From NCBI GenBank assembly GCA_964016885.1, contig OZ024741.1:159154001-159218000 (forward strand): DNA of 64,000 nucleotides, in the 5' to 3' direction. Below, one piece after another: positions 28,484 to 40,489 of the stretch (position 1 is the stretch's first letter; every line of letters starts with the position of its first letter). This DNA comes from Eledone cirrhosa. Its lineage: Eukaryota. Under the pieces are notes generated by a model that worked only from the letters and a program-made list of their open reading frames with translations, was not told the DNA's origin and made no database searches. A program made the position numbers and the translations under genes.

Positions 28484-28680
28484 GGGGAGAAAAGAGAACA
28501 TGTTCATCACAGATTAGTAATGATAAACTTAGGAAAATTAACAAAGGACAAGACAACGAATGAAAACAAAGCAAAACGAAAAACAATTTTTAAAAGGGAA
28601 AGCTTAATTTTTCTATGTTTATCATTACTAATCTGTGACGAATGTGTTCTCTTTTCTATCCCCATTAATTTTAATGGCTT
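28484..28680 (+). mobile_element. Fold-back element with hammerhead 3' half GAAAGCTT
   Basis: Arm 28484-28541 is the reverse complement of 28604-28663; a sister copy with the same GAAAGCTT lies at 32714-32802 (-). Confidence 0.6.
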
Positions 28681-28699
28681 ATATATATATATATATATA

Positions 28700-28896
28700 T
28701 AAGTATTGAAGTCTCCGTTCAAATTGAAAAAGTCATAGGAATGAAGAGTGCTCTATGTAAGTTACAGAGCTAAATTTAATGTATAATAAACAATACAATA
28801 TAATTACCTCATTACCAGAGGTTTCCCGAATAAGACGAATACAAGAAACGTCCGCATTCGTTCAATGAGGTAATTATATTGTATTGTTTATTACAC

Positions 28897-28900
<4 letters not shown>
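28700..28900 (-). mobile_element. Fold-back element with hammerhead 3' half GAAACCTCTGGTA
   Basis: 37-bp arms at 28777-28813 and 28864-28900; shares agagtgctctatgtaag..tacagagcta with 63735-63892. Confidence 0.65.
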
Positions 28901-28943
<43 letters not shown>

Positions 28944-29007
28944 ATAATAATAAATTTGAAGACCAAAATCCAAAGATTTTGCTTAAACTTTAATCTGTTA
29001 TTTTAAT

Positions 29008-29270
29008 ATCATCATCATCATCATCGTTTAACGTCCATCTTCCACGCTTGCATGGGTTTGGACGGAGTTTTCCCACTTGAGGCAAGAGTGGTTGTCTTGC
29101 TCGCATAGGACTGTCTGGCAGGTTTTCTACGGCTGGATGCCCTTCCTAACACCAACCACGTTTACAGTGAGGACTGGGAGGTTTTTACCGTGTTACCTAC
29201 ACGGCCACATTACAGCGTGACTGTGTGTTTTTTTGTCGTGACACCTACACGACCTCATTTGTTTCGGACT
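29008..29270 (-). mobile_element. RTE 3'UTR/SINE tail module
   Basis: Reverse complement of 30465-30731; further copies at 25005-25232, 44960-45220, 51618-51870. Confidence 0.8.
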
Positions 29271-29317
29271 GGATGTTGTGGTAGCAATATAACTTTACAA
29301 TGAAAGGGGTGGTGTGG

Positions 29318-29332
29318 ATATATATATAAATG

Positions 29333-29394
<62 letters not shown>

Positions 29395-29410
29395 GTATAT
29401 ATATATATAA

Positions 29411-29460
<50 letters not shown>

Positions 29461-29724
29461 GTATATATATATATATAAATGTATATATATATATATAAAT
29501 GTATATATATATATAAATGTATATATATATATATATAAATGTATATATATATATATAAATGTATATATATATATATAAATGTATATATATATATATATAT
29601 AAATGTATATATATATATATATATATAAATGTATATATATATATATATAAATGTATATATATATATATATATATATAAATGTATATATATATATATATAA
29701 ATGTATATATATATATATATATAA

Positions 29725-29764
<40 letters not shown>

Positions 29765-29812
29765 GTATATATATATATATATATATAAATGTATATATAT
29801 ATATATATATAA

Positions 29813-29896
<84 letters not shown>

Positions 29897-29923
29897 GTAT
29901 ATATATATATATATAAATGTATA

Positions 29924-29994
<71 letters not shown>

Positions 29995-29995
29995 G

Positions 29996-30062
<67 letters not shown>
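29318..30062. repeat. (TA)n tract punctuated by aaatg
   Basis: Directly visible. Confidence 0.95.
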
Positions 30063-30065
<3 letters not shown>

Positions 30066-30729
30066 GAACTAAGGAATAAATTAGAGATAAGAGGGATCAG
30101 ATGTTGTTTACTCGAGAGAAGGCTACGTTGGTATGGACACGTGATGCGCATGAAAGTCGATAGCTGTATAACAAAGTGCAGGGCAATAAAGATAGACGGT
30201 AGTCACGGAATAGGCAGACCTAGAAAAACCTGGGACGAGCTGATAAACTCCGACATCACACACTTACACCTCTCCAAGACAATGTCACTGGACCGAGACC
30301 TTTGGCGGTACTCAGTAACAGAGAAGACCCGCCTTACCTAAATATATAGTAAAACCTACTCCAGCCAGTAGGCATCTCTAACAAATACACCCCGTCCCAC
30401 CACCCCCACCCGATCCACACCACCCCGTTCTATGTAAAGTTATGTTGGTGCCGCGCCATCGAGGCCGAAACAAATGAGATCGTGTAGGTGTCACGACAAA
30501 AAAACACACAGTCCACGCTGTAATGTGGCCGTGTAGGCAACACGGTAAAAACCTCCCAGACCCACACTGTAAATGTGGTTGGTGTTAGGAAGGGCATCCA
30601 ACTGTAGAAAACCTGCCAGACAGTCCTATACGAGCAAGACAATCACTCTTGCCTCAAGTGGGACTACCCCCGTCCAAACCCATGCAAGCGTGGAACACGG
30701 ACGTTAAACGTTGATGATGATGATGATGA

Positions 30730-30731
<2 letters not shown>
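30062..30731 (+). mobile_element. RTE LINE 3' ORF end plus long 3'UTR and (GAT)n tail
   Basis: [12 protein letters not shown]...GRPRKTW...DRDLWR, then C-rich spacer, cactgtaa modules, stem-loop and tail. Confidence 0.85.
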
Positions 30732-30801
<70 letters not shown>

Positions 30802-30803
<2 letters not shown>

Positions 30804-31016
30804 GTAGGAGGTGAGTTTTATTGTAGTACAATAAAGCAATGCAGATATCTGATATATGTTGATTTAAAACTGCACTATCCACAAGTGTTTTTTAACCTTC
30901 ATATCATGTCCTCCTATTTTATCTGATGAAAACACAAATGTTATTGCACGATGATATTTGTTTTTGAAATGCGCATAATAAAATACATGGAACTCATTTA
31001 ACCATCTTTTGATCTT
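30802..31016 (+). mobile_element. Hammerhead-bearing non-autonomous element (same family as 59352-59815) in a (TA)n tract
   Basis: 30855-31016 matches 59558-59720; 30802-30853 is the inverse of 59764-59815. Confidence 0.8.
30915..30985 (+). ncRNA. Type I hammerhead ribozyme, canonical core
   Basis: tattttat CTGATGA aaacacaaatgttatt gcac gatgatatttgttttt GAAA tgcgca TA ataaaata: 8-bp stem I, long stem II, palindromic stem III, AUA triplet (site 30977). Confidence 0.85.
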
Positions 31017-31043
31017 ATATATATATACATATATATATATAAA

Positions 31044-31077
<34 letters not shown>

Positions 31078-31085
31078 CATATAAA

Positions 31086-31119
<34 letters not shown>

Positions 31120-31147
31120 CATATATATATACATATAAATGTATATA

Positions 31148-31179
<32 letters not shown>

Positions 31180-31193
31180 CATATAAATGTATA

Positions 31194-31231
<38 letters not shown>

Positions 31232-31290
31232 CATATAAATGTATATATATATATATACATATATATATATACATATATATATACATATAA

Positions 31291-31328
<38 letters not shown>

Positions 31329-31495
31329 GTATATACATATAAATGTATATATATATATATACATATATATATATACATATATATATACATATAAATGTAT
31401 ATATATATATATACATATATATATATACATATATATATACATATATATATACATATAAATGTATATATATATATATACATATATATACATATAAA

Positions 31496-31527
<32 letters not shown>

Positions 31528-31635
31528 CATATAAATGTATATATATATATACATATATATACATATAAATGTATATATATATATATACATATATATATAT
31601 AAATGTATATATATATATATATATATACATAAATG

Positions 31636-31715
<80 letters not shown>

Positions 31716-31719
31716 AATG

Positions 31720-31787
<68 letters not shown>

Positions 31788-31826
31788 CATATATATATAT
31801 ATGCATATATATATATACATATACAT
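31017..31826. repeat. (TA)n tract with tacat/aaatg interruptions
   Basis: Directly visible. Confidence 0.95.
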
Positions 31827-31827
31827 A

Positions 31828-32276
31828 AAATACTTAGGTTAATAGGAGTTAGGTATTCTATACCCGTGTCCCGTTAAGGTATTGGCAGCATAATAATTAG
31901 CTCTATGCTTTGGAGCAGAGCCGTATATATGAAAAAGAACACAAGAGCGTCTACAACATCAAAAGATTTTTATTGGCTAACAATGTTTCTTCCTTACGTG
32001 TAACCGTAGGATTCGTCTGAGCTATAAAAGGGGTTTGATTGGTGTTATGGACTCTACCAACCAAACACTCAAGAACAAAGAGTTTCTCATAAGTAGTCCT
32101 AGATGGGGTTGGGATGTTCTTGAGTGATATAGGTAGGGAGTCTTTAGTTAGCATGCTGCCAATCAATTATAATTATACACACAAGGTGGACAGCTTATAA
32201 GGATTTAGCTCAACCAGGGGGAGCCGTAGAAATACTTAGGTTAATAGGAGTTAGGTATTATATACCCGTGTCCCGT
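31828..32276 (-). mobile_element. 402-bp-period terminally redundant retrozyme-like element
   Basis: 47-bp direct repeat at 31828-31874 and 32230-32276 (one mismatch) with an internal hammerhead-like motif. Confidence 0.65.
31968..32029 (-). ncRNA. Type I hammerhead-like motif with CAGACGA (U4A) core
   Basis: Minus: ttttatagct CAGACGA a tcct acg gttaca cgt a agga a GAAAC att GTT agccaataaa. Confidence 0.55.
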
Positions 32277-32308
32277 AAAAAAACCACACAGACCCTCCAT
32301 CTCAACTC

Positions 32309-32348
32309 TACTTTTGAAAAGCAGAAGAACTGCGAAACCGGTAAAGGA
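32309..32348 (+). ncRNA. Minimal type I hammerhead with compensated U3-A8 core
   Basis: ctt TTGAAAA gcag aagaa ctgc GAAAC cg GTA aag, followed by aataaa; GUA site 32343. Confidence 0.65.
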
Positions 32349-32477
32349 ACCAAATAAATATATATATTTTTTTTTAAATAAGACTCCAGTGGCATTTTCG
32401 ATTTCATCTTTTTTTCTTTATACTTTCACTCGTGTAGGACACCTCGGTTATTTTTCATTTTGTAAAAAAAACCTCAC

Positions 32478-32508
<31 letters not shown>

Positions 32509-32801
32509 AATTTATATATATAATATATAACCCATGCTAGCGTGGAAAGTAGACGTTAAACGAAGATGATGATGATATATATATATAAATATATAGATAA
32601 ACGTATATATATATATAAATGTATATATGTATATATATAATTTATATATATATATATATATATATAAATGTATATTTGTTTGTGTATATATATATATATA
32701 TATATGTATATATAAGCCATTAAAATGAATGGGGATAGAAAAGAGAACACGTTCGTCATAGATTAGTAATGATAAACATAGAAAAATTAAGCTTTCCCCT
32801 T

Positions 32802-32833
<32 letters not shown>

Positions 32834-33689
32834 TACATACATATACACACACACATATATATATACATATTTATATACATATATATATACATATATATAC
32901 ATATACATATACACATATATACATATACACATATACATACATACATATATACATACATGTACACATATACATACATATACACATATACATACATATACAT
33001 ATAGATATACTTATATATATATATATATTGTGAAGGCGTGTGGCTGAGTGTTTAGAGAATTGGATTCACAATCTTGAGGTTGTGAGTTCGATTCCTGGAC
33101 TGGGCGATGTGTTATGTCCTTGAGCAAGACACTTTATTTCACATTGCTCCTTCTACCTGGAGTTGCAACCGATAGATAGTATTAGCAACTGGAAAGACCA
33201 ACGGAAACATTGTTTCCTCGGTCCGATTTGACGAAAGTCGATCGATCCTAAGATATATATATATACAGAGAGGGGGGGGGGGGTAGATATGTATATATAT
33301 TCTTAATTGATTTGATTATGGATTAGTTGATATTAGTTGTATTAATTTTAGTGATAACTAATTAATTTGTTCAATTATTACCACTACACTATTTATTCTG
33401 TATGAGTATACCATTTCTGGAATCCATTTCTATTAGCATCGAGTAAGATACTGTAAGCGTGGAAGATAGACGTTAAACGATGATGATGATGATATACATC
33501 AGCATCGTTGTTTTTATGTCCATGTTTCCATGTAGATATGGGTTTGTAAGGGCAGTTTTGAGGCAATATTTTACAGCCAGATGTTCTTCCTGATGCCAAC
33601 CCTTTCAATCAACTTTTAGGATATGCAGGAACATGAACCTATTCTAAAAACCAGGATTCACATCACATTATATATATATGTGTATATAG

Positions 33690-34481
33690 AAAAGGAATAG
33701 GCATAAACTCTATACAGTGTACACAATGTAAATCTTGGATACACAAAAGATATAGAGGGATGATGAGTAGACTAACAGGAAAGGAAGAATTTGTTTGTAA
33801 AAGATGCACAGGGGTAATCGAGAGGAAGAGTGGCAGTGATATAAACCTCTTCAAGTCACTGGAAAGGTCCATAGTAGTGGTTGGTAGTTTCTGGTATCTA
33901 GGTGACTTGATTAGCAGCAGAAGAGGGTACTCTAAGAGAATAATAGCTAGAAAAAGGATAGGATGAAAAAAGTTTAGAGAGTTACTCCCACTGTTGATAA
34001 CAGAAGAACGACTGTATGATGCCTGTGTGCAAAGTGTGATGCAGCATGGTAGTGAAACATTGTCAGTAACTGCAGAAGACATGCGTAGACTGGAAAGAAA
34101 TGAAGCAGCCATGCTTCATTGGATGTGCAATGTAAATGTGAGAGAAAGGCAGAGCTTCGATGAACTGGGGAGAAGCTGGGTTTAAGAGGAATATGAGGTG
34201 GAGTGCAGGAGAGTAGACTGCATTGGTACAGAAATGTGATATGCATGGATGATAATCAATGGGTGAAGTAGTGCCAGGAAATGCCAGTGGAAAGAAGCCG
34301 CAGTAGACATAGACTAAGAAAGACCTGGGCAGAGGTGGTGAGAGCTGACCTCAAATCGCTTAGACTCACGGAGGAGATGACGAAGAAACGCAGTGAGTGG
34401 AGAGATGCCCTGCTGAAGAGGACCTGTCTAATCCATGCAAGCATGGAAAAATCTGACGTAAAAATGATGATGATGATGATG
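33690..34481 (+). pseudogene. RTE LINE 3' portion including PHD-like Cys motif and tail
   Basis: NSIQCTQCKSWIHKR...FVCKRC, FWYLGDLI, HGSET, RRLERNE, RKTWAEVVRADL, stem-loop plus (GAT)n. Confidence 0.9.
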
Positions 34482-34529
34482 TTTTGAGAGAGAGAGATGA
34501 GCATACATGCATACATACATATATACATA

Positions 34530-34752
34530 CATACATGATGGCTGCCTCCTCGTTATCGAGTATGGCCATTGCATGATATACCATTATTAATAATTATTAA
34601 TTAATTCTATTGTGCAATGCCTGTGCGTGAAGATATTTTTTAAAGTGAGGAAAGATTGTGCACTGAGCCAATCCCACTCTCTGAGCGACAGTAGTTATAA
34701 CCCGAAAAGAAGAAAAGATCAACATCATCGGTAACTACTGAGCCGCAGGTTT
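34530..34752 (-). mobile_element. Putative SINE-like insert with RTE/BovB-like 3' end and (ATGT)n tail
   Basis: Minus end ccatactcgataacgaggaggcagcc then (atgt)n; flanked by (TACA)n on both sides. Confidence 0.35.
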
Positions 34753-35022
34753 TATACATACATTCATACATACATACTTACACATGTCAGGTGATTCTGT
34801 GGGTAGTAATGGGAACATGTAATCTGACACAAAGTTAATGGTAATATGTAATTCAATCCACGTAATCCAATACTTATTGCATGGTTGGGTTGTTGGTGAC
34901 AAAACTAGCACCCTAACCAAGAAAACCTGTTGAAGTAGGTTTCTAGAAATCTACCAAAAAAAAAGAAACCAAAAGGAAAACAATATCTGTCAAAAAGATA
35001 AATGAAACAATCAAAGGGTTAA

Positions 35023-35226
35023 CCCTTTAGCATTTAAACCAGCCATATCCCATCGGAATTCTCTCAACTCTTTCTGTTCAAACCAGCAGTAGCTGGCCAC
35101 TTATACTTATAGGCATTATTCTCAAAATAAATAATATCAAAATCTCATAGATTTGATATTATGTGAGGTAAAGCCTTTACCATGAAAATATAATACTAAA
35201 TATAGAGTAATGTAAATGCTAAAGGG
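35023..35226. mobile_element. piggyBac-like MITE (family B)
   Basis: TTAA ccctttagcattta ... taaatgctaaaggg TTAA perfect TIRs. Confidence 0.8.
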
Positions 35227-35879
35227 TTAATGAATATCTAGCTATGGATATTCATTGTCCTCCTGAGCAAAAGACTATAGCTAGCTACTGAGTACCCTCT
35301 TCAACTGTCCAGAGAACCAGATACCCACATACAATTACATATGTATCTATGAGTATATCATGACTCACACTGTTCACTTTCCTGACATTTGTACATTATT
35401 CTACGTAATATGCATGCACCTTTGAGGAGTTGTAGTGCACCTGAGCACTGTACACAATAACTTCATTATTATTATTATTATTATATATCATCATCCATTT
35501 TACATCTGTTTTCTGTGCTTGTGTGGGTTAGATGGATTGCTACCTTCTGAAGCCAAGTCATTCAGATGGCTGCATCTTGCTCATAAATTCCAGTTTTGGC
35601 TTGGTTTCTAGAGTCAGAAACCCAACCTAATGCTAACCACTTTACATGTACCGGACACATTTTATCATGACACTACTATTATCATCTGACATTGTGTATG
35701 TGTGTGTGTGTGTGTGTGTGCATGGCATAGCGGTTAAGGTATTTGACTTACAGTTGTAATTTCATGGGTTCATTTCTTGGAAAGGGTAGCACAATGTGTT
35801 CTTGAGTGAAACACTTCATTTCATGCTGCTTCAGCTCACACTGAGATCACTGAAAGTATTCAGGGCTTTTCAGACCAGT

Positions 35880-36060
35880 AAGAATTCCCATGGCCTTCAC
35901 ATACTGGTGAGAGTTCTCATGACCTTTACAGACTGTTGACAGTTCCCATGGTTTTCACATACCAGAGAGAGTTCCCATGGCTGTCACATACAGGTGATAG
36001 TTCCTATTTCCTTCACATACAGGTGAAAGTTCCCATGGCCTTTACAGACCAGTGAGAATG
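35880..36060. repeat. 29-bp minisatellite
   Basis: agttcccatgg motif at 29-bp spacing (35912, 35941, 35970, 35999, 36028). Confidence 0.8.
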
Positions 36061-36574
36061 CTATGGTTAATGGATCTCCTAAATAGTTGTTAAATATCTT
36101 AGTAAGCTTTCATTATGAAGATAATAATGATTAGAACAAATCTTGGAACAAAGCCATAATTTGCTAGTGGAGGTCAATTAGATCAACCCTAGTAGTTGGT
36201 TTGTAATTTATGGTGCTATGATATGGTGCATTCTTTACATTCAGTAAAGTGATTGGTAAATAGAAACAATATAGAGTAGAGAGGACTCTTTAGTCTTGCT
36301 TAGTTCATAGCAATATCTCTAGTATTGGTGCCATGATAAAATGTACCTCGTACATTCTGTAAAGTGTTTGGTGAACAAACGAAGCTAATACAGAGAATAG
36401 AGGACAACCTCTCTAATATTGAAACCATGAAGCACCCACAGTCCTAAGTGGTTGGTGTTAGAAAACAAGAAACATATGAACAAGATGTAGTTTTCAGACT
36501 CATTTAGGACAGTTGTAACTCAGAATAAGAACAGACTGAGAAAGCTGATGTAAAATAATGGTAATGATGATATG

Positions 36575-37129
36575 GGCACAAGGCCAGCAATTTCTGGGGA
36601 AAGGGAAAGTCGATTACATCAATCCCAGGACTTGACTGATGCTTTATTTTAACAACCTCAGAAGGATGAACGGCAAAGTTGAACTCAGGGATTTAAACTC
36701 AAAATGTAAAAAACCAGAACAAATCAAAGCATTTTGACTGACACTCAAACAATACTAATAATAAGGCACAAGGCCAACAATTTGGGGTGAAGGAGGAAGT
36801 TATTTAAATCAACCCTAGTGTATTACTGGTATTTCATTTTATCGATCCCAAAGACAAAGCTAACCTCAGCAGGATTTGACAAAGCTAAAGACAAAGCATG
36901 TTGTCTGATGCTCTAACGATACTGCCAATCCCCCACCCTTATAATGATAATTGTTTCTACTTTTGGCACAAGGCTAGCAATTACCCAGTACATTACTGGT
37001 ACTTTATTTTATCGACCCCGTAAGGATGAAAGGCAAAGTTAACCTCGACGGAATTTGAACTCAGACCGTAAAGAGACGTAACTATGCTGGAAAGCATGGC
37101 ATCCGACCCTTTACCGATACTGCCAATTC
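36575..37129 (-). mobile_element. Three head-to-tail SINE family B copies; 36951-37129 is the least decayed
   Basis: Repeated gcacaaggc...atcgacccc...aaagttaacctc...gaactcag. Confidence 0.8.
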
Positions 37130-37349
37130 AAATAATAAATAACAAAAGGCACAGAACAAAAATAACAAGAAAAAGATAGCCGAAATGAGAGTAGGGTGAT
37201 TTAGGGTACCCCACACAACAACACTTTTTACAGTTTTTGCTGCAAGCTGACAACATAGTTACTGTAAAGCAGTTTTCACCACTTTCATCAACCCTGCTTA
37301 AAATATAGTGCAAGGCTGCACCTTCACTCTGTCTTCAGCTTCCCCTTCC

Positions 37350-37458
37350 AGAAGAAGACGAAGATGAAGACAAAAGAGGAGGAAAAGAAAAAGAAGAAGA
37401 AAAGAAACAGAAGAAAAAGAAAAAGAAAAAGAAGAAAACGAAGAAGAAGAAGAAGAAT

Positions 37459-37519
<61 letters not shown>

Positions 37520-37866
37520 AGAAGAAGAAGAAGAAGAAGAAGAAGAAGAAGGAAAGAAAAAGAAGAAAAGGAAGGAAAATAAAAATAAAAGGAAGGAAAA
37601 GAAGAAAAAGAAGAAAAAGGAAAAGAAGGAAAGAAAAAGAAAAAGGAAAAGAAGGAAAGAAAAAGAAGGAAAGAAAAAAGAAAAAGAAGAAAAAGAAAGG
37701 AAAAGAAAAAGAAGAAAAGGAAAGAAAAGAAAAAAGAAAAAGAAGGACGAGAAAAAGAAAAAAAAGAAGGAAAGAAGGAAAAGATGGAAAAGAAGAAGGA
37801 AAAGAAGAAGAAAAAGAAAAAGAAGAAGAAGAAGAAGTAAAAGAAAGAAAGGAAAAAGAAGAAAGA
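37350..37866. repeat. Polypurine (GAA/GAAAA) tract
   Basis: Almost pure A/G for ~500 bp. Confidence 0.95.
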
Positions 37867-38605
37867 TAAGGATGCCCAAGAAGGTCTACATTAAACAATA
37901 AGCTGTCAAGCGATACCGGTTTCAAATGCAGTAAGTGGGCCTATAATTCTGACTCTGATGTATATCCTACTCTATGCCAGCTCAATTCCAAGGATTGGTT
38001 TATTTCAGTAATGGTATAAAGTTGAGATGAATATAATAAAGCACACACAAAAATGTATGTGTGTATCTATGTGTGTATATATATATATATAATATATATA
38101 TCATCATCATCACCATTTAACGTCCATTTTTTCCTGCTTGCAAGGGTGGGACGGGTCCTCTTCAGCATAGCATCTCTCCATTTGTCTGTCTGCATGTATG
38201 TATATATATATATATATATACATATCATCATCACCACCTTTTTATGTCTGTTTTCCATGGTGGTTAGACAGGTTGTCACATTCTGAGACTACATAGGTCC
38301 AATGACAACTTGCTCATATGAACCATTTTTGCATAGCTGTAGAGATGAGATGATAGGGACTGGAGTCCCTATCATTCCACTGCAAAGTGGTCGTGGAGGT
38401 GCCACGGCAAAAAAGCACCCAGCACTCACTGTAAATGAAGTTGGTGTTAGGAAGGGCATCCAGCTGTAGAAATCAAGCCAGAATCAGTTCCCGTCCCACT
38501 CTTGCAAGCAAGGAAAAGCGGACGTAAAATGATGATGATATATATATATATATAATGTGAGTGTGTATTGTATATTTATAATGTATATGTATCTCTCTCT
38601 CTATA

Positions 38606-38682
38606 CAGGGTGTCCCAAAAATTTATACACACTTCAACAGCCTTCTAATCAAAGTATGTATACATTTTTGGGAGACACCCTG
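38606..38682. mobile_element. 77-bp Tc1/mariner-type MITE
   Basis: TA cagggtgtcccaaaaa ... tttttgggagacaccctg TA. Confidence 0.8.
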
Positions 38683-38748
<66 letters not shown>

Positions 38749-38959
38749 TATCTATGTGTATGTATATAGAGAGAGAATTGTAATTGTAAATATGTATATA
38801 TATATATATAAAATTTTCGAATATCACCCCACCACCACCTGCACACTCACTCACAACATCAAAGTCAAAAACTGATGTTGGCATAGAAGATATGGAAGAA
38901 ATGCTTAAAAGTAATAAAAAATAGAATTGGAAAACTTTCTTTTAAAACATTACAGAATT

Positions 38960-39270
38960 AAAGAGAGAGAGGGAAAGACACAGGAGATAGATAGAGAGAG
39001 AAGGGGTGAGATTGAGAGAGAAAGATACAGAAGAAGATAGATAGAGAGAGAAGGGGTGAGCTTGAGAAGGAGATAGGGAGAGAGAGAGAGAGAGGGAAAG
39101 ATACAGAAGGAGATAGATAGAGAGAGAAGGGGTGAGATTGAGAAGGAGATAGGGAGAGAGAGAGAGGGAAAGATACAGAAGGAGATAGATAGAGAGAGAA
39201 GGGGTGAGATTGAGAAGGAGATAGATAGAGAGAGAAGGGGTGAGATTGAGAAGGAGAGAGAGAGAGAGAG
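38960..39270. repeat. Purine-rich minisatellite (agatagatagagagagaaggggtgagattgagaagg)
   Basis: Five recurring units with variable linkers. Confidence 0.8.
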
Positions 39271-39418
39271 AGTAAGAGATAGGTGTGACATTGAGAAAGA
39301 TAGAAAGATAGAGAAGAACTAGAGACAAGAAAGAGAAAGAACTAGATGGAAAGAGAGAGAAAGAGAGAGAGAGAGAACTAGATACAGAAAGAGGGATAGA
39401 TAAGAAATATATATATAT

Positions 39419-39523
<105 letters not shown>

Positions 39524-40489
39524 TGAGAGAGAGAGAGGGAGAGAGAGAGAGAGAAAGAAAGAGAGAGAGAGAGGAAACAGATGTGATACCTTAACAAGGA
39601 TATACATGTTTGTTGGTTGCCATGTGGGAGAAACAGGTGTTTTCTGTAGTTTTTGTATAGTTTTGCTGTTTTTATATATTTTGCCAGTTGTTTTTGTTTG
39701 GCACAGCAGAGGTGCCAAAATATACTCCATTCAGTCACTGCTGCATTTGGTAACTGACAATGTACTTCACACCACTGTACCACCAACCAACCACCACTGT
39801 ACATCTCACAGCAACTAGTAGGAATAGTGGTACTAGTACTACTACAACTTTTACTACCATCAGTATTTACTATCACAGATATAGTGGATTAAGGGGAGAG
39901 GGATTGTAGAGGGAAGAGGGACAGAGAGAGAGGGGGGAAGGGATGAGAAGAGTAAGAGAGGGGGAGAAAGGGGAAGAGGAGGGTCAAGTCTCTGTATCAT
40001 TGATGTTGGATAAACTAATAAGCAGCAATCAATGCATGCATGGCTCTTTCTCCCTCCCTCCTTTTCTCTCTTTTATTATCTATTTCTCTTTATTTTTCTT
40101 CCATATTTTCTCTCCCTCTCTTCTCTCTCTATTTTCTCTCCCTCTCTTCCCTCTCTCTATTGTCTGTCCTTCTCCCTCTCTCTCTCTCTCTCTTCTATCT
40201 ACTTCTTGCTCTCTATGGCTTGGGGCAGAGTGCCAAGTCTAGACTATCACTGCAGGTCAGTATCAGTAACAACAACTACCACAACAACAGCAACACTAAC
40301 AACATCAACAACCACAACAGTAGCAACAACATCCACAACAACAACCACAGCCACCACGACAACAACAACCAGAACATCAACAACAAGAGCAACCACAACA
40401 ACTACCACAAAAACAACTACAAGAACCACAGCACCGCCCACAACAACAACAGCAACACATTACAAGGGTCAATGGAAATATTTGAGGCA

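Noticed and set aside
29255-31877. Long YI-rich ORFs of 250-320 aa
   Set aside because: Translations of (TA)n microsatellite
33190-33225. gaaacattgtt as a hammerhead stem III (also ~44900)
   Set aside because: No CUGANGA and no independent stem I; it is a simple hairpin in a SINE 3' region
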